58,235 nucleotides of DNA from Actinomycetota bacterium. GTDB lineage: Bacteria; Actinomycetota; Actinomycetes; Nanopelagicales; Nanopelagicaceae. The stretch covers positions 1 to 58,235 of the forward strand of contig JAPLBA010000065.1 of NCBI GenBank assembly GCA_026393015.1, in the 5' to 3' direction. Shown piece after piece: positions 45,848 to 55,091 of the stretch (position 1 is the first letter of the stretch; each line of letters opens with the position of its first letter). The position numbers and the translations under genes were made by a program. Under the pieces are notes generated by a model. The model made no database searches, was not told where the DNA came from, and saw only the letters and a program-made list of their open reading frames with translations.

Positions 45848-46962
45848 TCGGGCAGACCGAGATTTCGCCGCCAGTAGTTTTGGCGCCGATGGCGGGCATC
45901 ACCAACGCTGCATTTCGCACGCTCTGTCGCGAGCAAGGTGCTGGCCTTTTTGTCTCCGAAATGGTGACGGCTCGAGCGCTTGTAGAGCGTCATCCAGAGA
46001 CGCTGCGCATGATTAAACCAGCACCGGGGGAGACTCCTCGAAGTGTGCAGCTTTATGCAGTCGCTCCAGAGCCGTTGCGCGATGCCGTTCTCATGCTCTG
46101 CAGTGAAGGGTTAGTTGACCATATCGACCTGAATTTTGGTTGCCCAGTGCCTAAGGTGACTCGCAAAGGTGGTGGATCAGCTCTTCCTTATAAGCGTCGA
46201 CTCTTCAGTGCGATTGTGAGCGCAGCCGTTGATGCAGCTCAACCATTTGATATTCCTGTCACCGTCAAAATGCGCAAGGGCATAGACGATGATCACCTCA
46301 CCTTCTTGGAAGCTGGACGTATCGCGGCCGATGCGGGCGTGCATTGGGTATCGCTACACGGTCGTACTGCGGCGCAAATGTATGGCGGTAAAGCGGATTG
46401 GAACGCCATCGCAGCGCTCGTGGCTGAATTGCAGCCGTACGGGACGCCCGTGCTAGGTAACGGTGATATTTGGAGCGCTCAGGATGCGCTGCGCATGATG
46501 GAGGAGACCGGATGTGCTGGAGTTGTTGTCGGTCGTGGATGCTTAGGTAGGCCATGGCTCTTCGCCGAACTCGCGGCTGCATTTGCCGGGCGCCCCATTC
46601 CGGAAGCGCCGAAATTAGCAGAGGTCGGTGGAGTCATGTTGCGCCATGCCCACCTCCTGGCTTCTTACTTTGAAGATGAATTACGTGGATGCCGTGATTT
46701 TCGCAAGCATGTGGCCTGGTACCTCAAAGGTTTCTCGGTGAAGAATCATTTGCGCGTGGGTCTGGCAGAAGTCTCGACCTTGGCGGAAATGGCCACCATG
46801 ATCGATGAATTGGAAGGTGATCAAGATTTCCCCACTGCAATAGCGACGGGTCCACGTGGGCGTACCACCACCACGCGCGCTGTAAGCCTTCCGGAGAATT
46901 GGTTACTCGATCGCGATGCCATGCCGTTTATCTCGGCAGATGAGGCGATCTCCGGTGGCTAG
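45817..46962 (+). CDS. dus: tRNA-dihydrouridine synthase
   Basis: [15 protein letters not shown] and [11 protein letters not shown] motifs. An alternative TTG start lies at 45841. Confidence 0.85.
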   Translation: MVSPQTSRLLIGQTEISPPVVLAPMAGITNAAFRTLCREQGAGLFVSEMVTARALVERHPETLRMIKPAPGETPRSVQLYAVAPEPLRDAVLMLCSEGLVDHIDLNFGCPVPKVTRKGGGSALPYKRRLFSAIVSAAVDAAQPFDIPVTVKMRKGIDDDHLTFLEAGRIAADAGVHWVSLHGRTAAQMYGGKADWNAIAALVAELQPYGTPVLGNGDIWSAQDALRMMEETGCAGVVVGRGCLGRPWLFAELAAAFAGRPIPEAPKLAEVGGVMLRHAHLLASYFEDELRGCRDFRKHVAWYLKGFSVKNHLRVGLAEVSTLAEMATMIDELEGDQDFPTAIATGPRGRTTTTRAVSLPENWLLDRDAMPFISADEAISGG

Positions 46963-48202
46963 CACTAATTATTTTGGTAAATACCTTAGCGCTGATACCG
47001 AACGTTATCTAGCAGAACCCGCAAAACGTCCAGGCCGTAGTGAATTCGCCCGTGATCGTGCGCGCATTTTGCACTCAGCTGCGCTTCGCCGATTAGCTGC
47101 GAAGACGCAAGTAGAAGTTCCTTGGGAGAGCGACTTTGCGCGTACTCGACTCTCACATTCACTCGAATGCGGACAGGTAGGGCGTGAATTAGGTGCCGCA
47201 CTCGGTGCCGACCCAGATCTGGTGGAGAGCGCCTGCCTAGCGCACGATCTTGGACACCCACCCTTTGGTCATAACGGTGAAGTGGCTCTTGAAGAGGCTG
47301 CTGCTGATTGCGGGGGGTTTGAAGGCAACGCGCAGAGTTTTCGCATTCTCACGCGTCTTGAAGCCAAGAGTGTAGATAAAAGTGGAGCGTCCATCGGACT
47401 TAATCTTTCGAGGGCCACACTCGATGGTGCATCGAAGTACCCATGGACACGTGAGACAAACTCTCAGAAGTTTGGCGTCTATGAGGACGATCGCCCTATT
47501 TTCGATTGGATGCGTGCTGGAAGAAGTGGTGCGGAGAGTTCGATCGAAGCGCAAATTATGGATTGGTCGGATGATGTTGCATATTCCATCCACGATTTAG
47601 AAGATGCGCTCGTAGCCGAACGCTTTCCACTAGCTGCACTTTCCGATAAAAGTGAGCAACAAGCGGTTGCGAAGGTCGCACTTGAGTCCTACGCCACTGA
47701 TTCAAACGAAAATGAGTTGCAAGCTGCTTTTGGTCGCCTAGTTTCGTTGCCTTATTGGCTATCAACTTTCTCGGGTACACACCGCGATCACGCTGCGCTC
47801 AAAGATCTCACTAGTCAACTCATTGGACGCTTTGCGTTAGCTGCTGAACGTGAGACGCGCGCCAAGTGGGGGAGTGGATCACTTATTCGCTTCGGTGCAT
47901 CGCTAGAAGTACCACGCGAAGAGCGAATTGAAGTTGCTGTCCTGAAAGCCATCGCGGCGCACTACGTGATGCGCAGCAATGTGGCTCAGGCTCGCTATTC
48001 CGAGCAGCGAATTTTGATTCATGAACTCGTTGAGGCGCTATGGCGCGGCGGTCCCGGCGCATTAGAGCCCACCTTTCATGTGAGCTGGGATGGCGCGACG
48101 AGCGATGCAGAGCGTCGCCGCGTGGTCATCGATCAAGTTGCTTCGCTCACCGATGTCGGAGCGCGCCTCCTTCATGGCAGACTCACCGGCAGGGGTGAGT
48201 AG
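46940..48202 (+). CDS. dgt: dGTP triphosphohydrolase-like HD-domain protein
   Basis: HD motif LAHDLGHPPFGH. The start is ambiguous: ATG 46916, ATG 46940 or GTG 46955. Confidence 0.85.
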   Translation: MRRSPVASTNYFGKYLSADTERYLAEPAKRPGRSEFARDRARILHSAALRRLAAKTQVEVPWESDFARTRLSHSLECGQVGRELGAALGADPDLVESACLAHDLGHPPFGHNGEVALEEAAADCGGFEGNAQSFRILTRLEAKSVDKSGASIGLNLSRATLDGASKYPWTRETNSQKFGVYEDDRPIFDWMRAGRSGAESSIEAQIMDWSDDVAYSIHDLEDALVAERFPLAALSDKSEQQAVAKVALESYATDSNENELQAAFGRLVSLPYWLSTFSGTHRDHAALKDLTSQLIGRFALAAERETRAKWGSGSLIRFGASLEVPREERIEVAVLKAIAAHYVMRSNVAQARYSEQRILIHELVEALWRGGPGALEPTFHVSWDGATSDAERRRVVIDQVASLTDVGARLLHGRLTGRGE

Positions 48203-48204
48203 AG

Positions 48205-50103
48205 ATGGCCGGACGTATCCGTGATGAAGATGTCGCTTACGTACGCGAGCATGCTCCCATTGATGAAATTGTGGGCGACTATGTGCAGCTCAAGAATGCC
48301 GGTGGCGGGCAGAAGAAAGGGCTTTGCCCTTTTCACGATGAAAAGTCACCGTCATTTCATGTAACCCCATCTCGTGGTTTCTTTCACTGCTTCGGGTGCC
48401 AGACTGGCGGTGACGTCATCTCGTTCGTCATGAAGATTGAACACCTCGCATTCTCTGAAACGGTTGAGAGGTTAGCGCAGCGCATTGGATTTGAACTGCG
48501 CTATGAAGAGGGTGATCGTCCGAGTGGAACAACCGGCGGGCAACGTACTCGGCTGATTGAGGCGCATAGACATGCGGCTGCGTTTTACCAAGAAGCGCTC
48601 AACGCAGCAGGTCCTGCTCAAGTCGGTCGAGCTTTCTTATCGGAGCGCGGGTTCGATCAACAAACGTCATTAACTTTCATGGTGGGTTATTCTCCCGATG
48701 AATGGGATGCGCTCACTAAGTTCCTCAAAGGTAAAGGGTTTACCAATGAAGAACTCATCAATGGTGGATTAGCGAAGGAAGGTCAGCGCGGACTCATCGA
48801 TCGTTTTCGCAATCGCCTGATGTGGCCGATTAAAGATATCTCCGGAGACATTGTGGGATTCGGTGCTCGCAAACTATCTTCAGATGAAAGTGATACGGGG
48901 CCTAAATACCTCAACAGCCCCGAGACTCCTATTTATAAAAAGAATCAAGTTCTCTATGGTCTTGATATGGCGAAGAAAGAGATCGCCAAAACTCGCCAGG
49001 CGGTTGTCGTAGAGGGGTATACCGACGTGATGGCGGCCCATGTCGCTGGAGTCACTACTGCGGTGGCTACTTGTGGTACTGCCTTTGGTGAAGAACATAT
49101 TCGCACCCTTCGGCGCCTCTTAATGGACGACGATGCCTTCCGTGGTGAAGTGATCTTTACCTTTGACGGTGACGCTGCAGGTCAAAAGGCGGCCCTACGC
49201 GCATTCACTGAAGATCAGAAGTTCGTCACGCAAACTTTTGTGGCTATCGAGAAGGAAGGGTTAGACCCTTGCGAATTGCGCCAGAAGCGCGGAGATGCCG
49301 CGGTACGCGAACTTATCGCGAATCGGATTCCGCTCTTTGAATTCGCTATTCGATCAACGCTTTCTAACTACAATCTCACTGCTGCTGAGGGTCGAGTGGA
49401 GGCGCTGAAAGTCGCCGCGCCACTAGTAGCGCAGATCCGAGATCGCTCGCTCCGCCCTGAGTACACACGTTCACTTGCTGGGTGGCTTGGTATGGAAATC
49501 GAGAGTGTGCGTGCTGCAGTTGCTACCAGCGTTCCTAAAGTGGGCCGGAAGTATGCCAGCGACCCGGCCCCAAGTGATGCTTCCCTGGAGAATCCAGCAC
49601 CAAAGCGCTTGCAACGCCCAGATCCAGGCGATCCGGTGGCATCCCTCGAGCGCGAAGTTGTAAAGACGATCTTGCAAACCCCGCAGAACTCTCCGAGCTG
49701 GCGCGATCTTGAAGCCAGTGACTTCTTCCACGAAATTTATCGAGCACTTTTTATACGTTTGCATCAGGTTGAAGGCGCGGAAGATCTCACTGCAACAGTC
49801 GAAGCAATCAGAGGGGCCGGTGATGACGATTCTATTGAGATCGCTTCGCTGGCGACCGAGTTGGCCGTAGAGCCGATGCGCACTTCAGATACCTCGGGTA
49901 CGCGATACGGTGAGAGTTTAAGTTATCGACTGAGAGAAGTTGGCGTCTCTCGTCGAATCGAAGAGCAGAAGTCAGAACTACAACGAGTAAATCCGTTAGA
50001 AGAAGCAGGTCGCTACCAACAACTCTTTACTGATCTCGTCCAAATGGAAGCGGTACGTCGGCAACTTCGCGACATAGCATTAGGTGAGGTCAACCGTGGC
50101 TAA
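48205..50103 (+). CDS. dnaG: DNA primase
   Basis: Zinc finger CPFHDEKSPSFHVTPSRGFFHCFGC and TOPRIM motif VVVEGYTDVM. Confidence 0.92.
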   Translation: MAGRIRDEDVAYVREHAPIDEIVGDYVQLKNAGGGQKKGLCPFHDEKSPSFHVTPSRGFFHCFGCQTGGDVISFVMKIEHLAFSETVERLAQRIGFELRYEEGDRPSGTTGGQRTRLIEAHRHAAAFYQEALNAAGPAQVGRAFLSERGFDQQTSLTFMVGYSPDEWDALTKFLKGKGFTNEELINGGLAKEGQRGLIDRFRNRLMWPIKDISGDIVGFGARKLSSDESDTGPKYLNSPETPIYKKNQVLYGLDMAKKEIAKTRQAVVVEGYTDVMAAHVAGVTTAVATCGTAFGEEHIRTLRRLLMDDDAFRGEVIFTFDGDAAGQKAALRAFTEDQKFVTQTFVAIEKEGLDPCELRQKRGDAAVRELIANRIPLFEFAIRSTLSNYNLTAAEGRVEALKVAAPLVAQIRDRSLRPEYTRSLAGWLGMEIESVRAAVATSVPKVGRKYASDPAPSDASLENPAPKRLQRPDPGDPVASLEREVVKTILQTPQNSPSWRDLEASDFFHEIYRALFIRLHQVEGAEDLTATVEAIRGAGDDDSIEIASLATELAVEPMRTSDTSGTRYGESLSYRLREVGVSRRIEEQKSELQRVNPLEEAGRYQQLFTDLVQMEAVRRQLRDIALGEVNRG

Positions 50104-50155
50104 GAAAGTAGAGCAAAGTCGGTTACTTGCCGAAGTCTTCGGAATTAAAGTTAAA

Positions 50156-50614
50156 ATGGATTCCCTGCTACTTGAAGAGCGTGAAATTCCTTGGAGTGAG
50201 ATTGATGATCTCACTGTTGATGAGGAGGGAATTGCCGCACTGCTTTCAACCGGTGAACGTTGCCAATACTCCTTCGGCACGGCGACGATACGGGACCGAA
50301 GAAGAGTTGCCCAAGCGCTACGCGAGCGAGTGATGGCCTCCATACTTATTTCGGTCACTGGCCCCGAGGAAACTCTGGTCGCCCTCAGGCGAGATGCCAG
50401 GGGTGAGGTATTTACCCGAATATCAGTGGCTGGAGAGATCTCCGAGGCTGGTCGACGCGGTGCCGAGGCGCTTGCTCTTCGACTGGCTGAGAGCGCGGGC
50501 GTGATCGATGCGCCGCTTCGATGGTCTGCCGCTCCGGGGTCTGCCACTCCGGGGTCTGCCACTCCGGGGTCTGCCTCTCCGGAGAGTTTCAGTGCAACCC
50601 CCACGCTGGGGTAG
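50156..50614 (+). CDS. hypothetical protein with a repeat-encoded (PGSAT)n C-terminus
   Basis: The ORF runs between dnaG and tRNA-Asn with no recognisable family. The start is uncertain (GTG 50084/50096 or ATG 50156). Confidence 0.35.
   Translation: MDSLLLEEREIPWSEIDDLTVDEEGIAALLSTGERCQYSFGTATIRDRRRVAQALRERVMASILISVTGPEETLVALRRDARGEVFTRISVAGEISEAGRRGAEALALRLAESAGVIDAPLRWSAAPGSATPGSATPGSASPESFSATPTLG
50524..50583. repeat. 15-bp tandem repeat x4 (gtctgccactccggg)
   Basis: Direct reading. It lies in the last ~30 codons of the hypothetical ORF, 45 bp upstream of tRNA-Asn. Confidence 0.95.
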
Positions 50615-50628
50615 GCTTCTAAGGACCT

Positions 50629-50704
50629 TCCCGTGTAGCTCAATTGGCAGAGCAGCCGGCTGTTAACCGGCAGGTTCTTGGTTCGAGTCCAAGCGCGGGA
50701 GCCA
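50629..50704 (+). tRNA. tRNA-Asn (anticodon GTT), CCA encoded
   Basis: Manual cloverleaf of 76 nt. Acceptor TCCCGTG/CGCGGGA, D stem GCTC/GAGC, anticodon stem GCCGG/CCGGC with loop CTGTTAA, T stem CTTGG/CCAAG with loop TTCGAGT, discriminator G, then CCA. Confidence 0.93.
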
Positions 50705-50821
50705 ATTTTTCAGGCGTCAGCCCAGATTCTTCAGGCGTAGGGCTCAACTTGTGAGTTTTCGCAGAGCCTGGGGTGAGATCCCTGGCGAAAGCCCCACCCC
50801 CACCTCGGGAGCCCTTACGGT

Positions 50822-50839
50822 GTACTCAGTACTGAGTAC
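50822..50839. promoter_or_regulatory. perfect 18-bp palindrome GTACTCAGTACTGAGTAC
   Basis: The sequence equals its own reverse complement. It lies 78 bp upstream of the response-regulator ATG and overlaps the first unit of the 14-bp array. Confidence 0.6.
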
Positions 50840-50888
50840 CCGAGACTAAGTACCCGAGACTAAGTACCCGAGATTAAGTACTCGAGAA
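50833..50888. repeat. 14-bp tandem repeat x4 (taagtacccgagac)
   Basis: tgagtacccgagac / taagtacccgagac / taagtacccgagat / taagtactcgagaa. The array ends 28 nt before ATG 50917, and a GAAGGAGG Shine-Dalgarno lies in between. Confidence 0.95.
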
Positions 50889-50916
50889 ACTATCGGGGGA
50901 GCAGAAGGAGGATGAC

Positions 50917-51642
50917 ATGGCTGCAGTGAGTGCGACCGCACCGCTCATACTCGTGGTCGATGATGAAGATGGGGTGGCAGATCTGCTGGTCGATGCCCTC
51001 ACTCTCGGCGGCTACCGCGCACGTCGCGCACGCGATGGGCAAGAGGCGCTCCGCCTGCTACGCGAAATTGCTCCCGATGTCATCTTGCTAGATGTCAATA
51101 TGCCCGGGCTTAATGGATTTGAAGTCTTGGAACGCATTCGTGCCAAGGGAGATGACACTCCGGTGCTCTTCCTCACTGCTCGACACGAGCGCGAAGATAC
51201 CACTCGTGGATTTGTGCTTGGCGCCGATGATTACATCACCAAGCCATTTGGTCTTGAAGAATTGCTCTTGCGAGTGAAGGCCATCTTGCGTCGCACACGC
51301 AAAGAAGAGCCAGAACCAGAGGTATTGCGAAGTGGCAATCTGGAACTCCACTCAGAGAGCCACGAAGTACGGCAAGCAGGCGAGATCGTTACCCTCTCGC
51401 CGACTGAATTTCGCCTCCTTGAGTATTTGATGCTCAATCAGAAGCGCGTGCTCACTAAAGCCCAACTCTTACGAGCTGTCTGGGATATCGATTTCGAAGC
51501 TGAAACTAGCGTGGTTGACACTTATATCTCTTATCTCCGTAAGAAGCTAGATCCGCAAGGTTTGGGACTTATCCGAACTGTTCGCGGAGTTGGCTTCCAG
51601 TTGCGAGAGGTAGAAGCTGCCGCTGAAAAAGGCGCCCAGTGA
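50917..51642 (+). CDS. OmpR-family response regulator
   Basis: Receiver motifs (LVVDDE, LLDVNMPGLNG, K at ITKPF) and a winged-helix output domain (LSPTEFRLLEYLM...VDTYISYLRKKL). Confidence 0.9.
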   Translation: MAAVSATAPLILVVDDEDGVADLLVDALTLGGYRARRARDGQEALRLLREIAPDVILLDVNMPGLNGFEVLERIRAKGDDTPVLFLTARHEREDTTRGFVLGADDYITKPFGLEELLLRVKAILRRTRKEEPEPEVLRSGNLELHSESHEVRQAGEIVTLSPTEFRLLEYLMLNQKRVLTKAQLLRAVWDIDFEAETSVVDTYISYLRKKLDPQGLGLIRTVRGVGFQLREVEAAAEKGAQ

Positions 51643-51662
51643 CCACCAGTGACCACCAGTGA
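51637..51662. repeat. 10-bp unit x2.6 (cagtgaccac) at the RR/HK junction
   Basis: CAGTGA occurs three times. The first provides the RR stop (TGA 51640-51642) and the third provides the HK start (GTG 51659). Confidence 0.85.
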
Positions 51663-53044
51663 AATTACGAACTCGATTAACTTTGATCTCATCGATATTC
51701 ATCGCGCTAGCATCAATTTTTATTGGCGCATTTAGCGTGACAGCAACAAGGCAGAGTTCGCTCACTCAGATCGATAACACCCTCACACAAGTTCTCAATG
51801 CCAGCGATGGTGGCGCTCGCAGCGCTCAGGGATCAGTTGTAGCGCGAGCAGATGATCTCAATGTAGCGATCGCGCTCGGCTTGGTTTTGCCTGATCAATC
51901 GATCACGGTGGTTCGCCGAGCAGGAGACATTTCTAACCCATATGAATTCCCCGCCTTGAGCAAGGGCGAAATTCTAGATGCGGGCAGGAAATTCACTAAT
52001 GTGGATGGAAAAGTGTCCTATCGAATTCGGTCGCGATCCTTAGGAGACGGTGTTGCCCTCATGGCAGCAGCGCCATTGATCTCCCTCAACAGCGATCTTC
52101 GTCAATTAGTTATTAAGACAATCTTGGGCGCACTCTTCGTGATTTTACTTTCGGCTTCACTTGTCTGGTTTAGTACCCGCCGAGCTCTACGCACGGTTGA
52201 TGCCATGATCGATAGCGCATCGGCTATTGCCGATGGCGAACTCGATCGTAAAGTGCCTGAAGCGCAGTCAGGAACTGAACTTGGTCGTCTCGCGTCGGCG
52301 CTCAATGTCATGATCGCTTCCTTGAGGTCCTCCCTTCGCGCTAAAGATGAATCTGAGCAAGGAATGCGTCGATTCCTGGGTGATGCCTCGCATGAGTTAC
52401 GCACCCCTCTTACTGTCATTAAAGGGTATGGCGAGATACTGAAAGACGCGGAAAACCTCGATCCCCTTCAACGCTCACGCGCTATCGATCGACTCAACGC
52501 CGAGAGCGCCCGGATGGATACTTTAATCTCAGATTTACTCCGCCTCTCAAGGCTCGATCAGCATCCTGTCATCTCTGCTGAATTGGTAGATCTCTCTTCG
52601 GTCACTTCTGATTTCGCGCGAGACTTACAAGACCAAGAAGGAAGCAGAAATGTGGAACTTCAGATTGAAGAAGATGTCATCGTCCGTGGTGATGAATCCT
52701 TGCTCCGCCAAGTCCTGGCAAACATCATGGGAAATATCCGTCGCCACACTCCTGCAGATTCACCGGTTCGGGTTCGCCTTTCATTAGATGGCGAGAATGG
52801 CTCCTCGATGGCTCACTTGGTTGTCGATGACGCTGGTCCCGGAATTTCTCCAGAGCAGCGCGAAATAGCCCTAGCTCGATTTGGACGCTTAGATGAGTCG
52901 CGCTCTCGCCAAGGTGGAGGCTTCGGTTTGGGCTTGAGTATCGTGGCTCAGGTGGTCTCGTTACATAAGGGCGAATTGAAACTTGGAGCCTCCCCACTTG
53001 GTGGATTGAGATTAGAGATTTTGATCACAGGGGTCACCTCATGA
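51659..53044 (+). CDS. sensor histidine kinase (2 TM, HAMP, HisKA, HATPase_c)
   Basis: H-box SHELRTPLT, an N-box, and G-boxes DDAGPGI / GGFGLGLSIV. Confidence 0.88.
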   Translation: MKLRTRLTLISSIFIALASIFIGAFSVTATRQSSLTQIDNTLTQVLNASDGGARSAQGSVVARADDLNVAIALGLVLPDQSITVVRRAGDISNPYEFPALSKGEILDAGRKFTNVDGKVSYRIRSRSLGDGVALMAAAPLISLNSDLRQLVIKTILGALFVILLSASLVWFSTRRALRTVDAMIDSASAIADGELDRKVPEAQSGTELGRLASALNVMIASLRSSLRAKDESEQGMRRFLGDASHELRTPLTVIKGYGEILKDAENLDPLQRSRAIDRLNAESARMDTLISDLLRLSRLDQHPVISAELVDLSSVTSDFARDLQDQEGSRNVELQIEEDVIVRGDESLLRQVLANIMGNIRRHTPADSPVRVRLSLDGENGSSMAHLVVDDAGPGISPEQREIALARFGRLDESRSRQGGGFGLGLSIVAQVVSLHKGELKLGASPLGGLRLEILITGVTS

Positions 53045-53919
53045 TGATTAAACGCGCACGAGCGAGTGCACTACTGGTAATTCCGCTACTCATATTACTC
53101 GCCGTACCAACCGATGCTTTGGCTTTCGATACCGCTTCACCGAACCCCAAAGTTACTTGGAGTTCTATCAACACCTCGCCACAGAGTTGGATTCGTGGAG
53201 TGCCTAATTTCCTCTTTGAATGTGTGGCTAACGGATCGAGTGCGGTGCTCACCATGAAAGATGGCGCGCAATGGCGTGAGGTCACGCGGGCATCTGCGCT
53301 GCTAGATAAGAAGCTTTGTACTGACTCTGCAAACCCCTATGTTCTCAAGTATCAATTTGCGATTCAGTCGCCATCGCGTGGGGCGGGCAATTTCCCTGGT
53401 ACTCGAGCAGGCCTAGTGATTTTCCGGATACAAAGCGGTGGGGCTACTCGGATGTCTTCAGCAGCCCTTTACTCAAGCCGCGAAGAAGCTGATTCAGATG
53501 AAATGGATGGCCATGCGCTAGAGAGCGACGATTCCTCGCCTGCTAAACCTGCTGCGATGAATCCGATGCCGAATGCGCAGCCAAGCCAGCCAAGCCAGGC
53601 AAGTAGCGCCTTGACCTCAACGACTGCGAGTTCTTCCACTACCCAGCCGCAGAGCAAGAACATCTTGAAGTCATTTCCGTCTTGCAAATTCAACGGAGTA
53701 GCTCTCTCTGGTCGAGCCAAAGTTGTCTCTGCTGGCGGACAAATTAAAGTTCGTGTGGTCCCTGGAGTTTCCGACTTCGGAGTGCGCACTGCTGATCGTG
53801 CTACCGGTAAGTGTGGCGATTGGCGCTTCGTGAGCACGCAACCTGATTTCACCGTCGAAATTGTTGATTCTGGAGAAGATTTCACTATCTCTTTCAGTAT
53901 GCGCCCCGGTCCTAGATAG
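53041..53919 (+). CDS. secreted two-domain hypothetical protein
   Basis: ATGA overlap with the kinase stop. Signal peptide (ALLVIPLLILLAVPTDALA/FD), then two Cys-pair-containing domains separated by an acidic and Ser/Thr/Gln-rich linker. No family recognised. Confidence 0.5.
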   Translation: MMIKRARASALLVIPLLILLAVPTDALAFDTASPNPKVTWSSINTSPQSWIRGVPNFLFECVANGSSAVLTMKDGAQWREVTRASALLDKKLCTDSANPYVLKYQFAIQSPSRGAGNFPGTRAGLVIFRIQSGGATRMSSAALYSSREEADSDEMDGHALESDDSSPAKPAAMNPMPNAQPSQPSQASSALTSTTASSSTTQPQSKNILKSFPSCKFNGVALSGRAKVVSAGGQIKVRVVPGVSDFGVRTADRATGKCGDWRFVSTQPDFTVEIVDSGEDFTISFSMRPGPR

Positions 53920-53939
53920 TTGCCCATTACGCTACGAAG

Positions 53940-55091
53940 GTGGTTCCACTTCCGATAGCGCTGATGGTGGCACGTGCCATCTCGTTGCTGAGTCGCATCT
54001 TGCGCCAAGGAGAGGGAGCTACTCTCTCTGGCAAGGTGTTGCTCGCACTACGTCCTCGCGCGATTAGCGAATTAACACGAGGTCGCCGGGTTGTTTTAGT
54101 CAGCGGAACGAATGGTAAGACCTCAACATCGTCGATGCTCGCAGCCATGCTCGGCGAGAAGTTTTTAGTCGGCGGTAATCGAACCGGGGCAAACCTCAAC
54201 ACTGGAATTGCCGCATCGCTTGCAAGCACAAAAAAATGTACTCTCCTGATCTTCGAGGTCGATGAGCTCTATCTCCCATCGATGATGGAAGCGACAGCCC
54301 CGGAGTTGGTACTACTTCTTAATTTGAGTCGAGATCAATTACATCGCACACAAGAAGTACGCATTGTCGCTCGAAAATGGCTTGAAGCTTTCGCTGCGTT
54401 CCCCGATACGCCGGTGGTTATCGACGCTAGTGACCCATTCTTAGTCTCGGTAGTTCGAGATCACGGTCCCGTCACGCGAATGGGATTTGGAAAGAGGCCA
54501 CATCTTGATGCAGCAAGTTGCCCCACTTGTGGTGCCATGCTCGATTGGAGTGGGGCGCAATTTGCTTGCCAGAAATGTGGTTTGGGCAACTTTGCTGCAG
54601 AAGTAGAGCTCGGAGAGATGTCTGCAGTGGAACGCAATCATGCACTTGCCGGTTATGTGGCTCAGTATTTTGGGGTGCAGGATCTCGCCAAATTTTCACC
54701 ACGTGATCGCATTTCGACTCTGCTTTTGGGCGGCATCGAAATCGCCCTCCGGTTGGTCAAGAATCCATCAAGTTGGCAAGAGGGGCTGAGCTCACTCACA
54801 GATGAACCCATTATTTTGGTGGTGAACGCTCGCGGCGTTGATGGTCTCGATACTTCCTGGCTCTGGGATGTAGATTTCACGCCTTTGAAGGGACGTTATG
54901 TCGTGATTACCGGGGATCGGAAGCTTGACGCGGCATATCGAGTTCATGTTGATGGCATCGGATACTCACTTGTTGATTCGCTGCAGGGTGCGGCAATGCA
55001 GATTCAGCGAGATGGGTTCACTCGTGCACAAGCGCTCACCTCATATACCGCATTTATTGATGCCACTACCCGCGTAAAGGGTAAGCGATGA
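53940..55091 (+). CDS. murT: lipid II isoglutaminyl synthase, Mur-ligase-like subunit
   Basis: P-loop VSGTNGKTST, Cys4 ribbon CPTCG...CQKCG, and a DUF1727-like C-terminus, followed by gatD. The start is GTG 53940 or ATG 53964. Confidence 0.85.
   Translation: MVPLPIALMVARAISLLSRILRQGEGATLSGKVLLALRPRAISELTRGRRVVLVSGTNGKTSTSSMLAAMLGEKFLVGGNRTGANLNTGIAASLASTKKCTLLIFEVDELYLPSMMEATAPELVLLLNLSRDQLHRTQEVRIVARKWLEAFAAFPDTPVVIDASDPFLVSVVRDHGPVTRMGFGKRPHLDAASCPTCGAMLDWSGAQFACQKCGLGNFAAEVELGEMSAVERNHALAGYVAQYFGVQDLAKFSPRDRISTLLLGGIEIALRLVKNPSSWQEGLSSLTDEPIILVVNARGVDGLDTSWLWDVDFTPLKGRYVVITGDRKLDAAYRVHVDGIGYSLVDSLQGAAMQIQRDGFTRAQALTSYTAFIDATTRVKGKR

Noticed and set aside
50080-50643. A 187-aa minus-strand ORF opposite the dnaG-tRNA spacer gene.
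   Set aside because: It overlaps the tRNA-Asn gene and the dnaG 3' end, its N-terminus is repeat-derived, and no motifs are present. Coding on this strand is less plausible than on the plus strand, though neither is proven.
50629-50916. A possible integration hotspot or genomic island at tRNA-Asn. The 8-nt string cgggagcc from the tRNA 3' end recurs at 50806-50813.
   Set aside because: There is no integrase, excisionase or foreign-looking gene downstream. The match is only 8 nt and just ~100 bp away, which is too little for an att duplication flanking an island.
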